DNA of 64,000 nucleotides, from the NCBI GenBank assembly GCA_965603015.1, contig CBFDBJ010000004.1:5933-69932 (forward strand), written 5' to 3'. The first letter of the stretch is position 1. The number at the start of each line of letters is the position of its first letter. The position numbers and the translations under genes are program-made. The DNA is from an uncultured Alphaproteobacteria bacterium (lineage in GTDB: Bacteria; Pseudomonadota; Alphaproteobacteria; M2410). A model generated the notes under the pieces. That model worked only from the letters and a program-made list of their open reading frames with translations, was not told the DNA's origin and made no database searches. Positions 37,063 to 47,296 of the stretch are shown piece after piece.

Positions 37063-37755
37063 TCAGTCTGTCCTTCCGTCGCGGGCATCTTCTGAAGACT
37101 GCAAATCTGCCACAACCGTCTCGCCCGCAACCATGGTTTGGCCCAGGCTGACCTGCGGCTCCACGCCCTCGGGTAAATACACATCCAGCCGGGAGCCAAA
37201 CCGGATCAGACCAAATCGTTCCCCGGTTTTCACATTTTGCTCCGGCTTAACAAAGCAAACGATGCGCCGCGCAACCAGACCTGCAATTTGTACAACAGCA
37301 ATTTGTCGCCCGTCATCCATCTTTATACACAGACTGTTGCGTTCATTATCGACACTGGCCTTGTCCAGCGACGCGTTGAGAAACTTGCCCGGTCGGTAGG
37401 CAATGGCCGTGACTTCTCCTTCTATCGGTGCCCGGTTCACATGACAATTGAACACGTTCATAAAGACGCTGATGCGGGTCAACGCCTGTGATGACATGCC
37501 AAGTTCGACGGGTGGGACTGCTTTTTCGATTAACGAAACGATGCCGTCCGCCGGGCTGACGATCAGTCCTGCGCGCACCGGAGTGGTGCGCCTGGGGTCA
37601 CGGAAGAAATAGTAACACCAGACGGTCAGACCGACGCCGATCCAGCCAAGGAAACTCGAAAGCAGAAAAAGTAACAAGGTGACGACGGCAAAGACGGTGA
37701 CGAATTTTTTGCCCTCCGGGTGCATCGGCTTCAGAAATGTTTCGAGCATTGTCAT
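37063..37755 (-). CDS. psd: Phosphatidylserine decarboxylase proenzyme (short alphaproteobacterial type)
   Basis: 230 aa with an FGSR self-cleavage region ([11 protein letters not shown]), directly upstream of pssA. Confidence 0.8.
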   Translation of the reverse strand: MTMLETFLKPMHPEGKKFVTVFAVVTLLLFLLSSFLGWIGVGLTVWCYYFFRDPRRTTPVRAGLIVSPADGIVSLIEKAVPPVELGMSSQALTRISVFMNVFNCHVNRAPIEGEVTAIAYRPGKFLNASLDKASVDNERNSLCIKMDDGRQIAVVQIAGLVARRIVCFVKPEQNVKTGERFGLIRFGSRLDVYLPEGVEPQVSLGQTMVAGETVVADLQSSEDARDGRTD

Positions 37756-37988
37756 TGATGTTGTGCCTGGCAGGTTGTTTAAAAGAGTTTGTCGTCAGGA
37801 TCGTGAAAGTAGCATGGTACACTTGTCCGCGCCAAATACCATATTTGAACATTACACAGGCACATTCCGCAGCGCCATTTGCTGCGTCGCGAAAGCGGAA
37901 TTAACACAAGAAAAAACGCCGCGCTTTGACAAGCTGCGGCGTTTTTCGGTGTTCTGCAGGCTTTTGCCTTGCGCTTTCGCTAGCCCGA

Positions 37989-38213
37989 TTAGCTGGCGAG
38001 GAAACCTTCGAATTTCTTTTTGAATTTGCCAACACGGCCAGCAGCATCGACGAGATGGTGGCTGCCACCGGTCCACGCCGGATGGGAGGTCGGGTCAATA
38101 TCAAGGGTCAGGGTGTCGCCTGCCGAGCCGTAGGTAGAACGGGTCTCGTAAGTGGTCCCGTCGGTCATCACAACGGTGATCATATGATAATCGGGATGGA
38201 TGTCTTGCTTCAT
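37989..38213 (-). CDS. rpmE: 50S ribosomal protein L31
   Basis: [27 protein letters not shown]... Confidence 0.9.
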   Translation of the reverse strand: MKQDIHPDYHMITVVMTDGTTYETRSTYGSAGDTLTLDIDPTSHPAWTGGSHHLVDAAGRVGKFKKKFEGFLAS

Positions 38214-38484
38214 AACCTGAACTCCGGAATGCCCGTTTGAGGGCGCTTTTTCTTACTCGAGCGCCAGTTGCATAACCGCAATGTCGCCAAAAACGAGCCC
38301 GGTATATACAGGCAGGCTATGGGCTCCGCAAGGGAAAAACCGGCTCGTCGCAAGGGAAAATCTCCCACAATCGATCACATGTGGCGATTATCGCCTTGCA
38401 TTGATGGCGCGAAGCACTGATTTTGACGAGCACGGGGCGCAAAGCTCCGGTTTGTGCGGGATTCAAACCTTTGAAGAGGGATTT

Positions 38485-40332
38485 ATGGCGAGACGTGGTT
38501 CGGGTAGCAAAGACCTCGAGGATCGCCCCACCTCGCGGAATGTCGGTGCCTTGCGCGGCCTTGTGCCCTTCGTTCTGAGATACAAGGCGCGCCTCGCCCT
38601 GATCTTTATCATGTTGTCGGTGGCTTCAGCGGCGACGCTGGCGATGCCTTACGGGGTTGGTATCCTGATCGACAACGGGTTTTCGGACGGGCCGACCGGG
38701 GAAGGCACAGGCGATATTGATCAATATTTTGGTTTCTTTCTTGCCCTGGCGACGGTGCTGGCACTGTCCTCGGCAGGGCGCTTTTACTTTGTTATGTGGA
38801 TGGGCGAACGGGTTGTCGCCGACGTGCGCAAAGCCGTCTACCGGCATCTGATGGACCTGAGCCCGAGCTTTTATGAAAAGACCAAAACCGGTGAAATTCT
38901 CTCTCGGCTCACCACGGACACGACGCTTATTCAGTCAGTGGTGGGCGCCAGTGCCTCGATCGCGCTGCGCAATGTCTTCATGCTGATTGGTGCCCTTGGT
39001 CTGCTGATTTATACCAGTCCGAGGCTGTCGGCCTATTTTGTTATTCTCGCACCGATGGTCATCCTGCCGCTTATTGTTGTTGGCCGCCGTGTCCGCGGGC
39101 AATCCAGTCAGGCCCAGGAGAAAGTCGCCGACACAAGCGCGCTTGCCGGCGAAAGCCTCGCCGCTATCCAGACCGTGCAGAGCTATACGCAAGAAAAAAG
39201 GGAAGCGTTCCGGTTTGATGAGGCTACGGAATTTGCTTTCAAGGCGGGCAAGCGGCGCATTTCATCGCAGGCTGCATTGACGGCGACCATCATCTTTCTG
39301 GTTTTTGCAGGCATCGTTGGCGTGCTATGGGCTGGCGCGCGCCTTGTTGCCTCCGATCCTGATTTTACCGGCGGGACTCTTGCCCAGTTTATTCTTTACT
39401 CAGTACTGGCTGCCAGCTCTATGGGTGCGCTCAGCGAGGTCTGGAGCGAGGTTCAAAGGGCCTCCGGGGCTGCCGAGCGCCTTATGGAACTGCTGAACAT
39501 ATCGAGCGATATTATTGCGCCGGAGACACCCGAGAGGTTGCCTGATCGGGTCGAGGGTGCCCTGGTGTTTGACAATGTCACGTTCAAATATCCGACCCGT
39601 GATCATGTGGAAGTCTTGCAAGAGTTTTGCCTCCAGATCGCCCCGGGTGAAAAGATCGCGCTGGTTGGCCCCTCGGGCGCGGGCAAGACCACGGTCTTCC
39701 AACTGCTGTTGCGGTTCTATGATCCGCGCAAGGGGGGCATTACCATCGAGGGCAGGGATCTGCGCACCCTTGATCCTGTTGATCTAAGAAACCAGTTTTC
39801 GGTGGTCTCGCAAGACCCGGTTATTTTTGGAACCACGGCGCGCGCGAATATTCTTTATGGCCGCCCTGACGCCAGCGACCAGGATGTTGAGGCGGCAGCC
39901 GAGGCAGCAACTGCGGACCGGTTCCTTGAAGCTTTGCCGCAAGGTTACGATACGGACCTGGGGCCAAATGGAGTGACGTTATCGGGTGGGCAGCGGCAAC
40001 GGGTGGCCATTGCCCGGGCGGTGCTGCGTGATGCGCCCATTCTCCTGCTCGACGAGGCAACAAGCGCGCTTGATTCAGAAAGCGAGAGCCTCGTGCAAGG
40101 TGCCCTCGACAAGCTGATGGAAGGCCGCACGACGCTGATCATTGCGCACAGGCTTTCAACGATCCTCAAGGCTGACCGGATCGTGGTTCTCGACGAGGGG
40201 CGGATTGTTGATATCGGGCGGCACGACGAACTGGTGGCAAAAGGCGGCCTTTACGCCCGGCTGGCGGAACTTCAATTTAATGCTAAGATAACCGACATTC
40301 GCGCCCACACGACTGGGGACACAAGAGGGTAA
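38485..40332 (+). CDS. ABC transporter, fused permease/ATPase (MsbA-like exporter)
   Basis: Six-TM domain plus an NBD with Walker A GPSGAGKTT, signature LSGGQRQRVAIARA and Walker B ILLLDEATSALD; start at MARRGS with GAAGAGGG upstream. Confidence 0.85.
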   Translation: MARRGSGSKDLEDRPTSRNVGALRGLVPFVLRYKARLALIFIMLSVASAATLAMPYGVGILIDNGFSDGPTGEGTGDIDQYFGFFLALATVLALSSAGRFYFVMWMGERVVADVRKAVYRHLMDLSPSFYEKTKTGEILSRLTTDTTLIQSVVGASASIALRNVFMLIGALGLLIYTSPRLSAYFVILAPMVILPLIVVGRRVRGQSSQAQEKVADTSALAGESLAAIQTVQSYTQEKREAFRFDEATEFAFKAGKRRISSQAALTATIIFLVFAGIVGVLWAGARLVASDPDFTGGTLAQFILYSVLAASSMGALSEVWSEVQRASGAAERLMELLNISSDIIAPETPERLPDRVEGALVFDNVTFKYPTRDHVEVLQEFCLQIAPGEKIALVGPSGAGKTTVFQLLLRFYDPRKGGITIEGRDLRTLDPVDLRNQFSVVSQDPVIFGTTARANILYGRPDASDQDVEAAAEAATADRFLEALPQGYDTDLGPNGVTLSGGQRQRVAIARAVLRDAPILLLDEATSALDSESESLVQGALDKLMEGRTTLIIAHRLSTILKADRIVVLDEGRIVDIGRHDELVAKGGLYARLAELQFNAKITDIRAHTTGDTRG

Positions 40333-40379
40333 TCGGGGAGATCCGGGCGCATCTGACCTTCTAAAGAGGGGGAGTTTTT

Positions 40380-41486
40380 ATGCGCGCGGGCGGTGTTATT
40401 CTCAGTTTGATTATTGTCGGAGCCTGTCTTGGCGGGATCCGGGTTTTCGGGACGCTGAAAGATGGCGGCGTCTTTGCGACCATTGAAACGGATCACGATC
40501 TGAGTTGCACCCAGGTGCTGGGTGTCCCGGGGCCTGAAGATCTTGTCATTGATCGTGCGAGCGGTGTGATTTTTGTTTCATCTCATGACCGTCGGGCGGA
40601 AGGCGTTTTTGCCGGTGCGGAGAATGACGTTCGCGGAGGCATCTATGCCTATGATCTTGCCCGTCCGTCTGAAGGGTTCGTCGAGTTGACTGCACTGGAG
40701 GAAGGTGCGGCAGGGCCGAGCGACTTTCGCCCACACGGACTTTCTCTCTACACGGCGCCGGATGGCAACAAGACGCTCATGGTCATTAATCATCCCTTTG
40801 GTGCGGAAAGTACCGTGGAGATTTATGACGTGATTGATCCAGCAGGTGAAGCCGTGCCCGGCGACTTTCCCCGCCTGGCTCACCGCGTGACCGTAACCGG
40901 CTCTTCTCTCATTTCGCCGAATGATCTGGTCGCCGTGGACGCAGTTCGTTTCTATGCCACAAATGATCATGGCTTGAGGCATCCAACCGCTCGCATGCTG
41001 GAAGATTACTTGCGGCTTAATATGGGGTCGGTGGTTTACTTTGATGGTGAGACATTCAGTACCGTGCTGGACGGATTGACCTATGCCAACGGAATAGAAG
41101 TGGGTGCGGCGGGAGATAAAATCTTTGTCGCCGAGACGACAGACAACAGGCTTTCCGCGTTGTCCGTCGCTCCCGAGACCGGCCACCTCGTACTCGAAAG
41201 AGAGTGGGATCTGGAATTTGGTGTTGATAACATTGACCGTGCAGGAGATGGCAGTCTCCTGGTCGGCGGGCACCCTAAAATACTGGATTTTGCGGCCCAT
41301 GCGGAGGACCCCCGGGTCATGTCGCCGGGGCGGGTTGTTCGCATTGATCCTGGCAGTAGCGGGGATCCGGCCACCTTGTTTCAGACGGACGGGGACATTT
41401 TGTCCGGACTGTCCGTTGCTGCCGAGTATGATGGCAAGATCGTAATGGGGCAGGTTTTTGGTGACGGTCTGCTGGTCTGTGAATAG
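40380..41486 (+). CDS. Membrane-anchored beta-propeller protein (SMP-30/gluconolactonase/paraoxonase-like)
   Basis: N-terminal TM anchor and repeated beta-strand blades; the family assignment is weak. Confidence 0.35.
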   Translation: MRAGGVILSLIIVGACLGGIRVFGTLKDGGVFATIETDHDLSCTQVLGVPGPEDLVIDRASGVIFVSSHDRRAEGVFAGAENDVRGGIYAYDLARPSEGFVELTALEEGAAGPSDFRPHGLSLYTAPDGNKTLMVINHPFGAESTVEIYDVIDPAGEAVPGDFPRLAHRVTVTGSSLISPNDLVAVDAVRFYATNDHGLRHPTARMLEDYLRLNMGSVVYFDGETFSTVLDGLTYANGIEVGAAGDKIFVAETTDNRLSALSVAPETGHLVLEREWDLEFGVDNIDRAGDGSLLVGGHPKILDFAAHAEDPRVMSPGRVVRIDPGSSGDPATLFQTDGDILSGLSVAAEYDGKIVMGQVFGDGLLVCE

Positions 41487-41489
41487 AGG

Positions 41490-42524
41490 CTATCGTTCTG
41501 TCAGCTTGAATTCGATGCGGCGATTGCGGCGCAGTGCCGAGTTGGTCCCGGATGCATCGAGTGGCTGGAATTCGCCAAATCCGGCAGCAACCAGATGGTT
41601 CGGATCGACCCCTTCGCCGACAAGGAAAGTGACCACGGAAATTGCGCGGGCACTTGAGAGGTGCCAGTTTGACGGAAATTGCGGCGTCTTGATCGGCACG
41701 GCATCGGAATGGCCGTCGACCCGCAGTATCCATTTTATGTCGTCCGGTATCGAAGTCGTAATCTCTCGCAAGGCACCTGCCACCTTCTTCAGTTCCGAGC
41801 GACCCGCCGGGTTTATATCTGCCGATCCGGAGTCAAACAGAACCTCCGACTGCAGAATAAACCGATCTCCAACGACCTCAATATCGTCGCGGTCCCCCAG
41901 GGCCGTTCTGAGGCGGCCAAAGAATTCGGAGCGATAGCGGGCCAGTTCCTGAACCTTTTGAGCCAAGGCGGCATTGAGACGTTTGCCCAGGTTGGCAATC
42001 TCGGCCTGAGAGGCGGTGTCGCGTGCCTCCGAGGCATCCAGTGTTGCCTGCAGACTGGCAATCTGTTGGCGCAGGGCTGCCATCTGCTGATTGAGCAGTT
42101 CGACCAGCGCCCGGGCCTCCGCAGACAATGCTTTTTCATCATCAACGGTACTTTCAAGACCGCGAATATCGCCTTCCGCTTCGGCCAGAAGTCCCTGAAG
42201 GTGGATGATCCGGGCGTTGGCGGCATCGCTGGTATCGTCGGTTGATACGAGCGTTGCGGAGAGCTGCGCCATTTGCATCTCATAGCCGCTTGCCCGGTCT
42301 TTTTCCAGATCGAGCAGTTCGGCGAGTTCGGCAATCCGGGCGTTCAGCCGCTCCATCGCCTCATCGCGGCCGTTTAACGCCTGGCCGAGAAAAAACTGGG
42401 CCAGCACAAAGATTGACAGGAGGAAGACAAGAACCAGCAGAAGCGTTGTCAGGGCATCGACGAAGCCTGGCCAATAGTCTGCGGAAAAGCCGCGGGATCG
42501 TCTGGTTCGGGCGCTGCGAGCCAT
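41490..42524 (-). CDS. MotB/TolR-like membrane protein with a ~200-aa periplasmic coiled coil and a C-terminal OmpA/Pal-like peptidoglycan-binding domain
   Basis: TM helix with a conserved Asp (YWPGFVDALTTLLLVLVFLL, cf. TolR FVDVMLVLLVVF), heptad-rich 60..270 region and a C-terminal OmpA_C domain (...NWHLSSARAISVV...NRRIEF). Confidence 0.7.
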   Translation of the reverse strand: MARSARTRRSRGFSADYWPGFVDALTTLLLVLVFLLSIFVLAQFFLGQALNGRDEAMERLNARIAELAELLDLEKDRASGYEMQMAQLSATLVSTDDTSDAANARIIHLQGLLAEAEGDIRGLESTVDDEKALSAEARALVELLNQQMAALRQQIASLQATLDASEARDTASQAEIANLGKRLNAALAQKVQELARYRSEFFGRLRTALGDRDDIEVVGDRFILQSEVLFDSGSADINPAGRSELKKVAGALREITTSIPDDIKWILRVDGHSDAVPIKTPQFPSNWHLSSARAISVVTFLVGEGVDPNHLVAAGFGEFQPLDASGTNSALRRNRRIEFKLTER

Positions 42525-42529
42525 GAATA

Positions 42530-43489
42530 TTACCTCTGGCGATCAGCACTATCGAAAAGGGCGATGGGGTCTTCTGCGGCTTTGACAAGGCGATCAATGG
42601 CGGGTTTCAATGCCTCTGCACTTTCCTTGCTCGATGATGCGGTCATTCCCGATATCGTATGTTCCAGCGACCGGATTGCGCCATAAAGCTTGTTGATGGC
42701 CTCATGATTGAGCCCGCCGCCGCCGGAAGGGGACCCGCCGTCGGTACTGACTTGCGTGCGGGTCGACAAATATTCCTCAAGTTCGTTGTAGAACCGGTTT
42801 TGCGCCTGGCCCGCCCGCAGATCGAGGAACCCCAGGACGAGAGACCCCGACAGGCCGAAGAGAGACGATGAGAAGGCAATGGCCATGCCGCTCAGGGGCG
42901 CTTCGAGGCCGGCGATGAGTTCTTCAAACACGGACTGTGAGGCGCCGGCAGCAGGTGTCAGGGCACGGATGGATTCAGATACAGCGGTAATTGTCTGGAG
43001 CAAGCCCCAGAACGTTCCCAGCAGTCCGAGGAACACAAGCAACCCGATCATGTAGCGTGAAATCTCGCGGCTCTCGTCAAGGCGCGATCCGATGGAATCA
43101 AGAATTGAACCAAGGGCTGTTGCCGAAAGCGAGGTTGGTCCGCTGCGGTCACGTAACATGGCGGCCATAGGGGCGACGAGTTCCGGCGGCGCATAGTCGT
43201 GATGGCTCCCGATCCGGCCGGGTGCGCCGTGGTCATCCATGCGGAAATTCTCGATCCACTGGACAGATGGTGTGAGACGGAAGACCTGTGCGAATGTGTA
43301 GATGATGCCGACAAGCAGGACGCCCAGGATCAGGCCATTGAGAAAGACATTGGCCCCAAAGGCCTGCACGATCCGGTCAAACAGAGCGGCGGCGATCAGG
43401 CTGGCGATAATGAGAAAAAGCACCATGCCTGCCGCATAACGGCTCGGCCGGGTCATCCTGAAATAATCACTGTCATCTCTTCGGGCCAT
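42530..43489 (-). CDS. MotA/TolQ/ExbB-family proton-channel protein
   Basis: TM3-4 region FLGLLGTFWGLL...AIAFSSSLFGLSGSLVLGFL...NRFYNELEEY aligns with TolQ of this window (FVGLFGTVWGIM...ALGLLAAIPAVIFYNKFTNDLNRY). An alternative GTG start lies at 43573. Confidence 0.6.
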   Translation of the reverse strand: MARRDDSDYFRMTRPSRYAAGMVLFLIIASLIAAALFDRIVQAFGANVFLNGLILGVLLVGIIYTFAQVFRLTPSVQWIENFRMDDHGAPGRIGSHHDYAPPELVAPMAAMLRDRSGPTSLSATALGSILDSIGSRLDESREISRYMIGLLVFLGLLGTFWGLLQTITAVSESIRALTPAAGASQSVFEELIAGLEAPLSGMAIAFSSSLFGLSGSLVLGFLDLRAGQAQNRFYNELEEYLSTRTQVSTDGGSPSGGGGLNHEAINKLYGAIRSLEHTISGMTASSSKESAEALKPAIDRLVKAAEDPIALFDSADRQR

Positions 43490-43727
43490 GAGCTTGTCTC
43501 TTCTCCATGCAAAGGCGTGCAAAGGTATGGCTTTCGTGCACAACAATAGCGGCGAAACGCCCCGATTTGGCACCCAAAGGGCGCCTGGCGTGTCGCATAG
43601 CCATCATGCTGCAAGACTGTGGCCACATCCAGGCTTTACCACTAAATGGGGTCAGGCACTAACTGCGCTCAACATGGTACCATGATCTGCCAAATGGTGT
43701 CTGACCCCATTTGGGGAATACATGGTA

Positions 43728-44528
43728 TCAGGCTTTGGCGGCAGCCATGATGAGATTGGTGAGCGGTTTTTGCAAGGTTCCGTTGGTTGCTATGACGTTA
43801 CCGGTCTCCAGCGTTCTGGGCTGACCTTCGGTGTCGAGGACGGTGCCGCCGGCCTCGCGGACCAGCAGAATGCCTGCCGCAATATCCCAGCGGCTCAGAC
43901 CGCGTTCCCAAAAGCCGTCGTAACGTCCGGCGGCCACATAGGCCAGGTCAAGCGCTGCGGAGCCAAACCTGCGGATACCTGCCACAGCGGGCATGATGGT
44001 TTTCAGTTCTTTTTGAAACGCAGCGTGTCCCGGTCTGCCGGAGAACGGGATGCCGGTGGCGATGAGGCAGTCTGCGAGATTGTTTCTTGACGAGACCCGC
44101 AGGCGGCGGTCGTTCAGAAAGGCGCCCTTGCCGCGTTCGGCCCAGTAGAGTTCTTCCGTAATCGGATTATAGATGACGCCGGCCACCAACAAGTCCTCGC
44201 GCTCGAGCGCGATGGAAATGGCGAAGTGCGGTATGCCATGCAGAAAGTTTGTTGTGCCGTCGAGCGGATCGACGATCCAGCGATGGGTTTTATCCGGCCC
44301 TTCGGTCTCGCCGGATTCTTCCATGATAAAACAATAGCCGGGACGGGCGCGTTCCAGTTCCTCGCGCAGGATCTCTTCGGCCTTAATGTCGGCAGCAGAA
44401 ACGAAATCCGCCGGTCCCTTGCGGGAAACCTGAAGGTTTTCGACCTCGTTAAAGTCCCGGGTCAAGCGGCGCCCGGCCTTGCGGGCCGCGTTGACCATGA
44501 CTTGAAGGGTCGCAGAATGTAGCGCCAT
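43728..44528 (-). CDS. suhB: Inositol monophosphatase family protein
   Basis: WIVDPLDGTTNFLHG and ...AGVIYNP... motifs. Confidence 0.85.
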   Translation of the reverse strand: MALHSATLQVMVNAARKAGRRLTRDFNEVENLQVSRKGPADFVSAADIKAEEILREELERARPGYCFIMEESGETEGPDKTHRWIVDPLDGTTNFLHGIPHFAISIALEREDLLVAGVIYNPITEELYWAERGKGAFLNDRRLRVSSRNNLADCLIATGIPFSGRPGHAAFQKELKTIMPAVAGIRRFGSAALDLAYVAAGRYDGFWERGLSRWDIAAGILLVREAGGTVLDTEGQPRTLETGNVIATNGTLQKPLTNLIMAAAKA

Positions 44529-44567
44529 TTTTTGGATCCGATTTCAGTTGCTGGACGATATCCAGAG

Positions 44568-45131
44568 CTATTCAGAGCGTTTGAGATATTTTGAGTCAGC
44601 GGTCTGGACGACGATCCTCTCGCCAACGCCAATAAACGGCGGGACCATGACACGGACACCATTTTCGAGCACTGCGGGCTTGAAGGAGGACGTGGCCGTC
44701 TGCCCCTTGACCGACGGCTCTGTCTCGGTGATTTCAAGGATCACCTGTTCGGGCAGTTCGATGCCGAGCGCCCGGCCTTCGTGCATGTTGAGGCGAACGG
44801 TCATGCCATCCTGCAGATAGGCGGATTGTTCGCCGACAAATTCCTGCGGAAGTTCGATCTGCTCATAATTTTCGTTGTCCATAAAAACCAGCATGTCGCC
44901 TTCGGCATAAAGGAACTGATGATCCTTTTGTTCAAGCCGGACGCGCTCGACGGTTTCACTGGATCGAAACCGCTCATTAAGCTTGGTGCCTGACTCGAGG
45001 TTTTTCAGTTCAACCTGTGCGAAAGCACCGCCTTTGCCAGGTTTGACCGCATTGATCTTTACCGCGATCCAGAGGCCGTCATTATGCTGGATGATGTTGC
45101 CCTGGCGAATTTCGTTACCATTGATCTTCAT
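44568..45131 (-). CDS. efp: Elongation factor P
   Basis: [45 protein letters not shown]. Confidence 0.9.
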   Translation of the reverse strand: MKINGNEIRQGNIIQHNDGLWIAVKINAVKPGKGGAFAQVELKNLESGTKLNERFRSSETVERVRLEQKDHQFLYAEGDMLVFMDNENYEQIELPQEFVGEQSAYLQDGMTVRLNMHEGRALGIELPEQVILEITETEPSVKGQTATSSFKPAVLENGVRVMVPPFIGVGERIVVQTADSKYLKRSE

Positions 45132-45233
45132 GAACGTTCACTTTGATAGATTGTTGTGAGGGTTTCGGGATTTTCCCGAATTTTGCGGGACCCTATCAAC
45201 AAGGGTCACGGGATTCAATTGAAAGGAGCCGTT

Positions 45234-45920
45234 CTAGCTCGCAAATATATCGTTAAAAGCCTTAACGGCTGCGGCGGGGCCGTCCTTGTGGGACCAGATG
45301 CCGCCGGAAACGGCGAGGAAATCCGCGCCGGCCTCGACCAGGGGCAGCGCGTTGTCTGGCGTAATACCGCCGATGGCAACGCAAGGGATCTCAAAGATCC
45401 CGGACCACCAGGTCAGAAGGTCGAGATCGGCTGTCGCTTTGGGCTGTTTGGTCTCGGTCGGATAGAAGGCACCAAAAGCAACATAGTCCGCACCGTTTTC
45501 TCCGGCCTCCATGGCCAGATGCCTTGATGCGTGGCAGGTCACACCGATAATGGCGTCATCGCCCAGCAGTTTGCGCGCCTCCTTGTAGCCCATATCACCC
45601 TGACCGATATGGACCCCGTCGCAGCCCATCTCGGCGGCAAGATCCGGTCTGTCATTGATCAGGAAGGCGATATCTGCGGCATAGGCGATGGGCATCAGGG
45701 CCTCGGCCGCGCGCCGGATTTCATCGTCAGAGGCCGGTGTGGCCCCGACCTTGAGGCGCAGTTGCACCGAGGCAATATCGCCTGCATCCACTGCTGCGGC
45801 GAATTCCTCTGCAAAGACCGCAAGGTCAATCACTGGCGGTGTGATCAGATAAAGACGGCACGGTTCGACCTTGATGGGCTCTGGTGGCACGGGGCCGGTT
45901 GTCTTGCGCTTCCTGGTCAT
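45234..45920 (-). CDS. thiE: Thiamine-phosphate synthase
   Basis: RLYLITPP...VQLRLK...[11 protein letters not shown]... TMP-TENI pattern; start at MTRKRK. Confidence 0.8.
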   Translation of the reverse strand: MTRKRKTTGPVPPEPIKVEPCRLYLITPPVIDLAVFAEEFAAAVDAGDIASVQLRLKVGATPASDDEIRRAAEALMPIAYAADIAFLINDRPDLAAEMGCDGVHIGQGDMGYKEARKLLGDDAIIGVTCHASRHLAMEAGENGADYVAFGAFYPTETKQPKATADLDLLTWWSGIFEIPCVAIGGITPDNALPLVEAGADFLAVSGGIWSHKDGPAAAVKAFNDIFAS

Positions 45921-45951
45921 GGGGCAGCTTTCATCGCTCGGCTTATGGAGC

Positions 45952-47145
45952 TCAACTTTCAAGTGCCTTGACGCCTGGCAGGTCCTTGCCTTCAAGCCAT
46001 TCAAGGAAGGCGCCGCCTGCGGCCGAGATATAGGTGAAGTCTTTTTCAGCACCGGCGGCGATCAGGGCGGCCATGGTGTCACCGCCGCCGGCAACGGAAA
46101 TAACCCGGCCTGCCTTGGTCAGCATGGCGACATGGCGGGCCGCAATATTGGTCCCGTTATCAAAGGGGGGGATTTCAAAGGCTCCCAGAGGCCCGTTCCA
46201 GACAACGGTGCTGGCGGTCTCAAGCCGCTGTGCAATGTCGCCTAGCGTTCCGGTGCCAATGTCGAGGATCATGTCATCGCCCGACACGTCGCTGGCGGAC
46301 ATGGTTCGGGCCGGCGCGCCTGCCTTGAATTCAGAGGCGACAACTACATCGGTTGGCAGCAGGATTTCACAGCCCGCTTCGCTGGCGCGTGCCAGAATAT
46401 CGCGTGCTGTGTCAGCCAGATCGTGTTCGCACAGTGACTTGCCGACGGGTTTGCCCAGTGCCGCGAGGAAGGTATTGGCCATGCCGCCGCCGATGACGAG
46501 CACATCAACTTTCGCAACCAGATTGCCGAGCAGTTCCAGTTTGGTCGAAACTTTCGCACCGCCGACAAAGGCAACAACCGGGCGCTTTGGTTCGGTGAGG
46601 GCTGCAGCAAGGGCTTTGAGTTCGGCCTCCATGGCGCGGCCTGCTGCGGTCGGCAAAATATGGGCGAGGCCTTCAGAGGACGCGTGGGCCCGGTGGGCGG
46701 CGGAGAAGGCATCGTTGACATAGATGTCGCCATTGGCAGCGAGTTCTTTGGCAAACTCCGGGTCATTCTTTTCTTCGCCCACATGATAGCGGGTGTTTTC
46801 AAGGACAAGAATATCACCGTCCATCATCGCGTCCACCGCGATTTTGGCCGGAGCTCCAATGCAGTCCGAGGCAAAACGCACGCGCCGGTCCAGAATGTCA
46901 GAACAAGCCGAGGCGATGGGTTCAAGGCTAAATTCCGGAATGCGATTTCCCTTCGGGCGACCAAAATGGGCAAGAAGAATGACCTTCGCGCCCTTTTTTG
47001 ACAGCTCGTGGATTGTCGGGGCGACCCGCTCAATGCGCGTGGCATCAGTGATCTTTCCCTCAGACATCGGAACATTGAGGTCGACCCGAACAAGAACGCG
47101 TTTGCCGGTGACGTCGAAGTCGTCGAGAGTTTTGAAGTTGGACAT
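45952..47145 (-). CDS. pgk: Phosphoglycerate kinase
   Basis: [27 protein letters not shown]...; the track ORF extends upstream through the repeat element. Confidence 0.9.
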   Translation of the reverse strand: MSNFKTLDDFDVTGKRVLVRVDLNVPMSEGKITDATRIERVAPTIHELSKKGAKVILLAHFGRPKGNRIPEFSLEPIASACSDILDRRVRFASDCIGAPAKIAVDAMMDGDILVLENTRYHVGEEKNDPEFAKELAANGDIYVNDAFSAAHRAHASSEGLAHILPTAAGRAMEAELKALAAALTEPKRPVVAFVGGAKVSTKLELLGNLVAKVDVLVIGGGMANTFLAALGKPVGKSLCEHDLADTARDILARASEAGCEILLPTDVVVASEFKAGAPARTMSASDVSGDDMILDIGTGTLGDIAQRLETASTVVWNGPLGAFEIPPFDNGTNIAARHVAMLTKAGRVISVAGGGDTMAALIAAGAEKDFTYISAAGGAFLEWLEGKDLPGVKALES

Positions 47146-47163
47146 GGGGCAAGTTCCAATATT

Positions 47164-47273
47164 TGTCATCCCGGGCTTGACCCGGGATCTCGGGGCAGGA
47201 TCGATGACATAAGGTACATCGTTATGCTTTTCGAGATGGTGCCCTGAGGCCCCGGCTCTAGGCCGGGGCGACA
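47164..47273. repeat. Structured intergenic repeat, copy 1 (REP/MITE-like, two hairpins)
   Basis: TGTCATCCCGGGC-loop-GACCCGGGATCT ... GTGCCCTGAGGCCCCGG-loop-CCGGGGCGACA; the same ends recur at 55082..55200 and 56440..56559. Confidence 0.8.
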
Positions 47274-47296
47274 AGTTATTTTGTTACTAAATCTTC

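Noticed and set aside
41490-43573. Zorya (ZorAB) anti-phage system assignment for the stator-like pair
   Set aside because: The A subunit lacks the very long ZorA C-terminal tail and no zorC/zorD-like genes are adjacent, so I kept it as an unclassified MotAB/TolQR-like pair.
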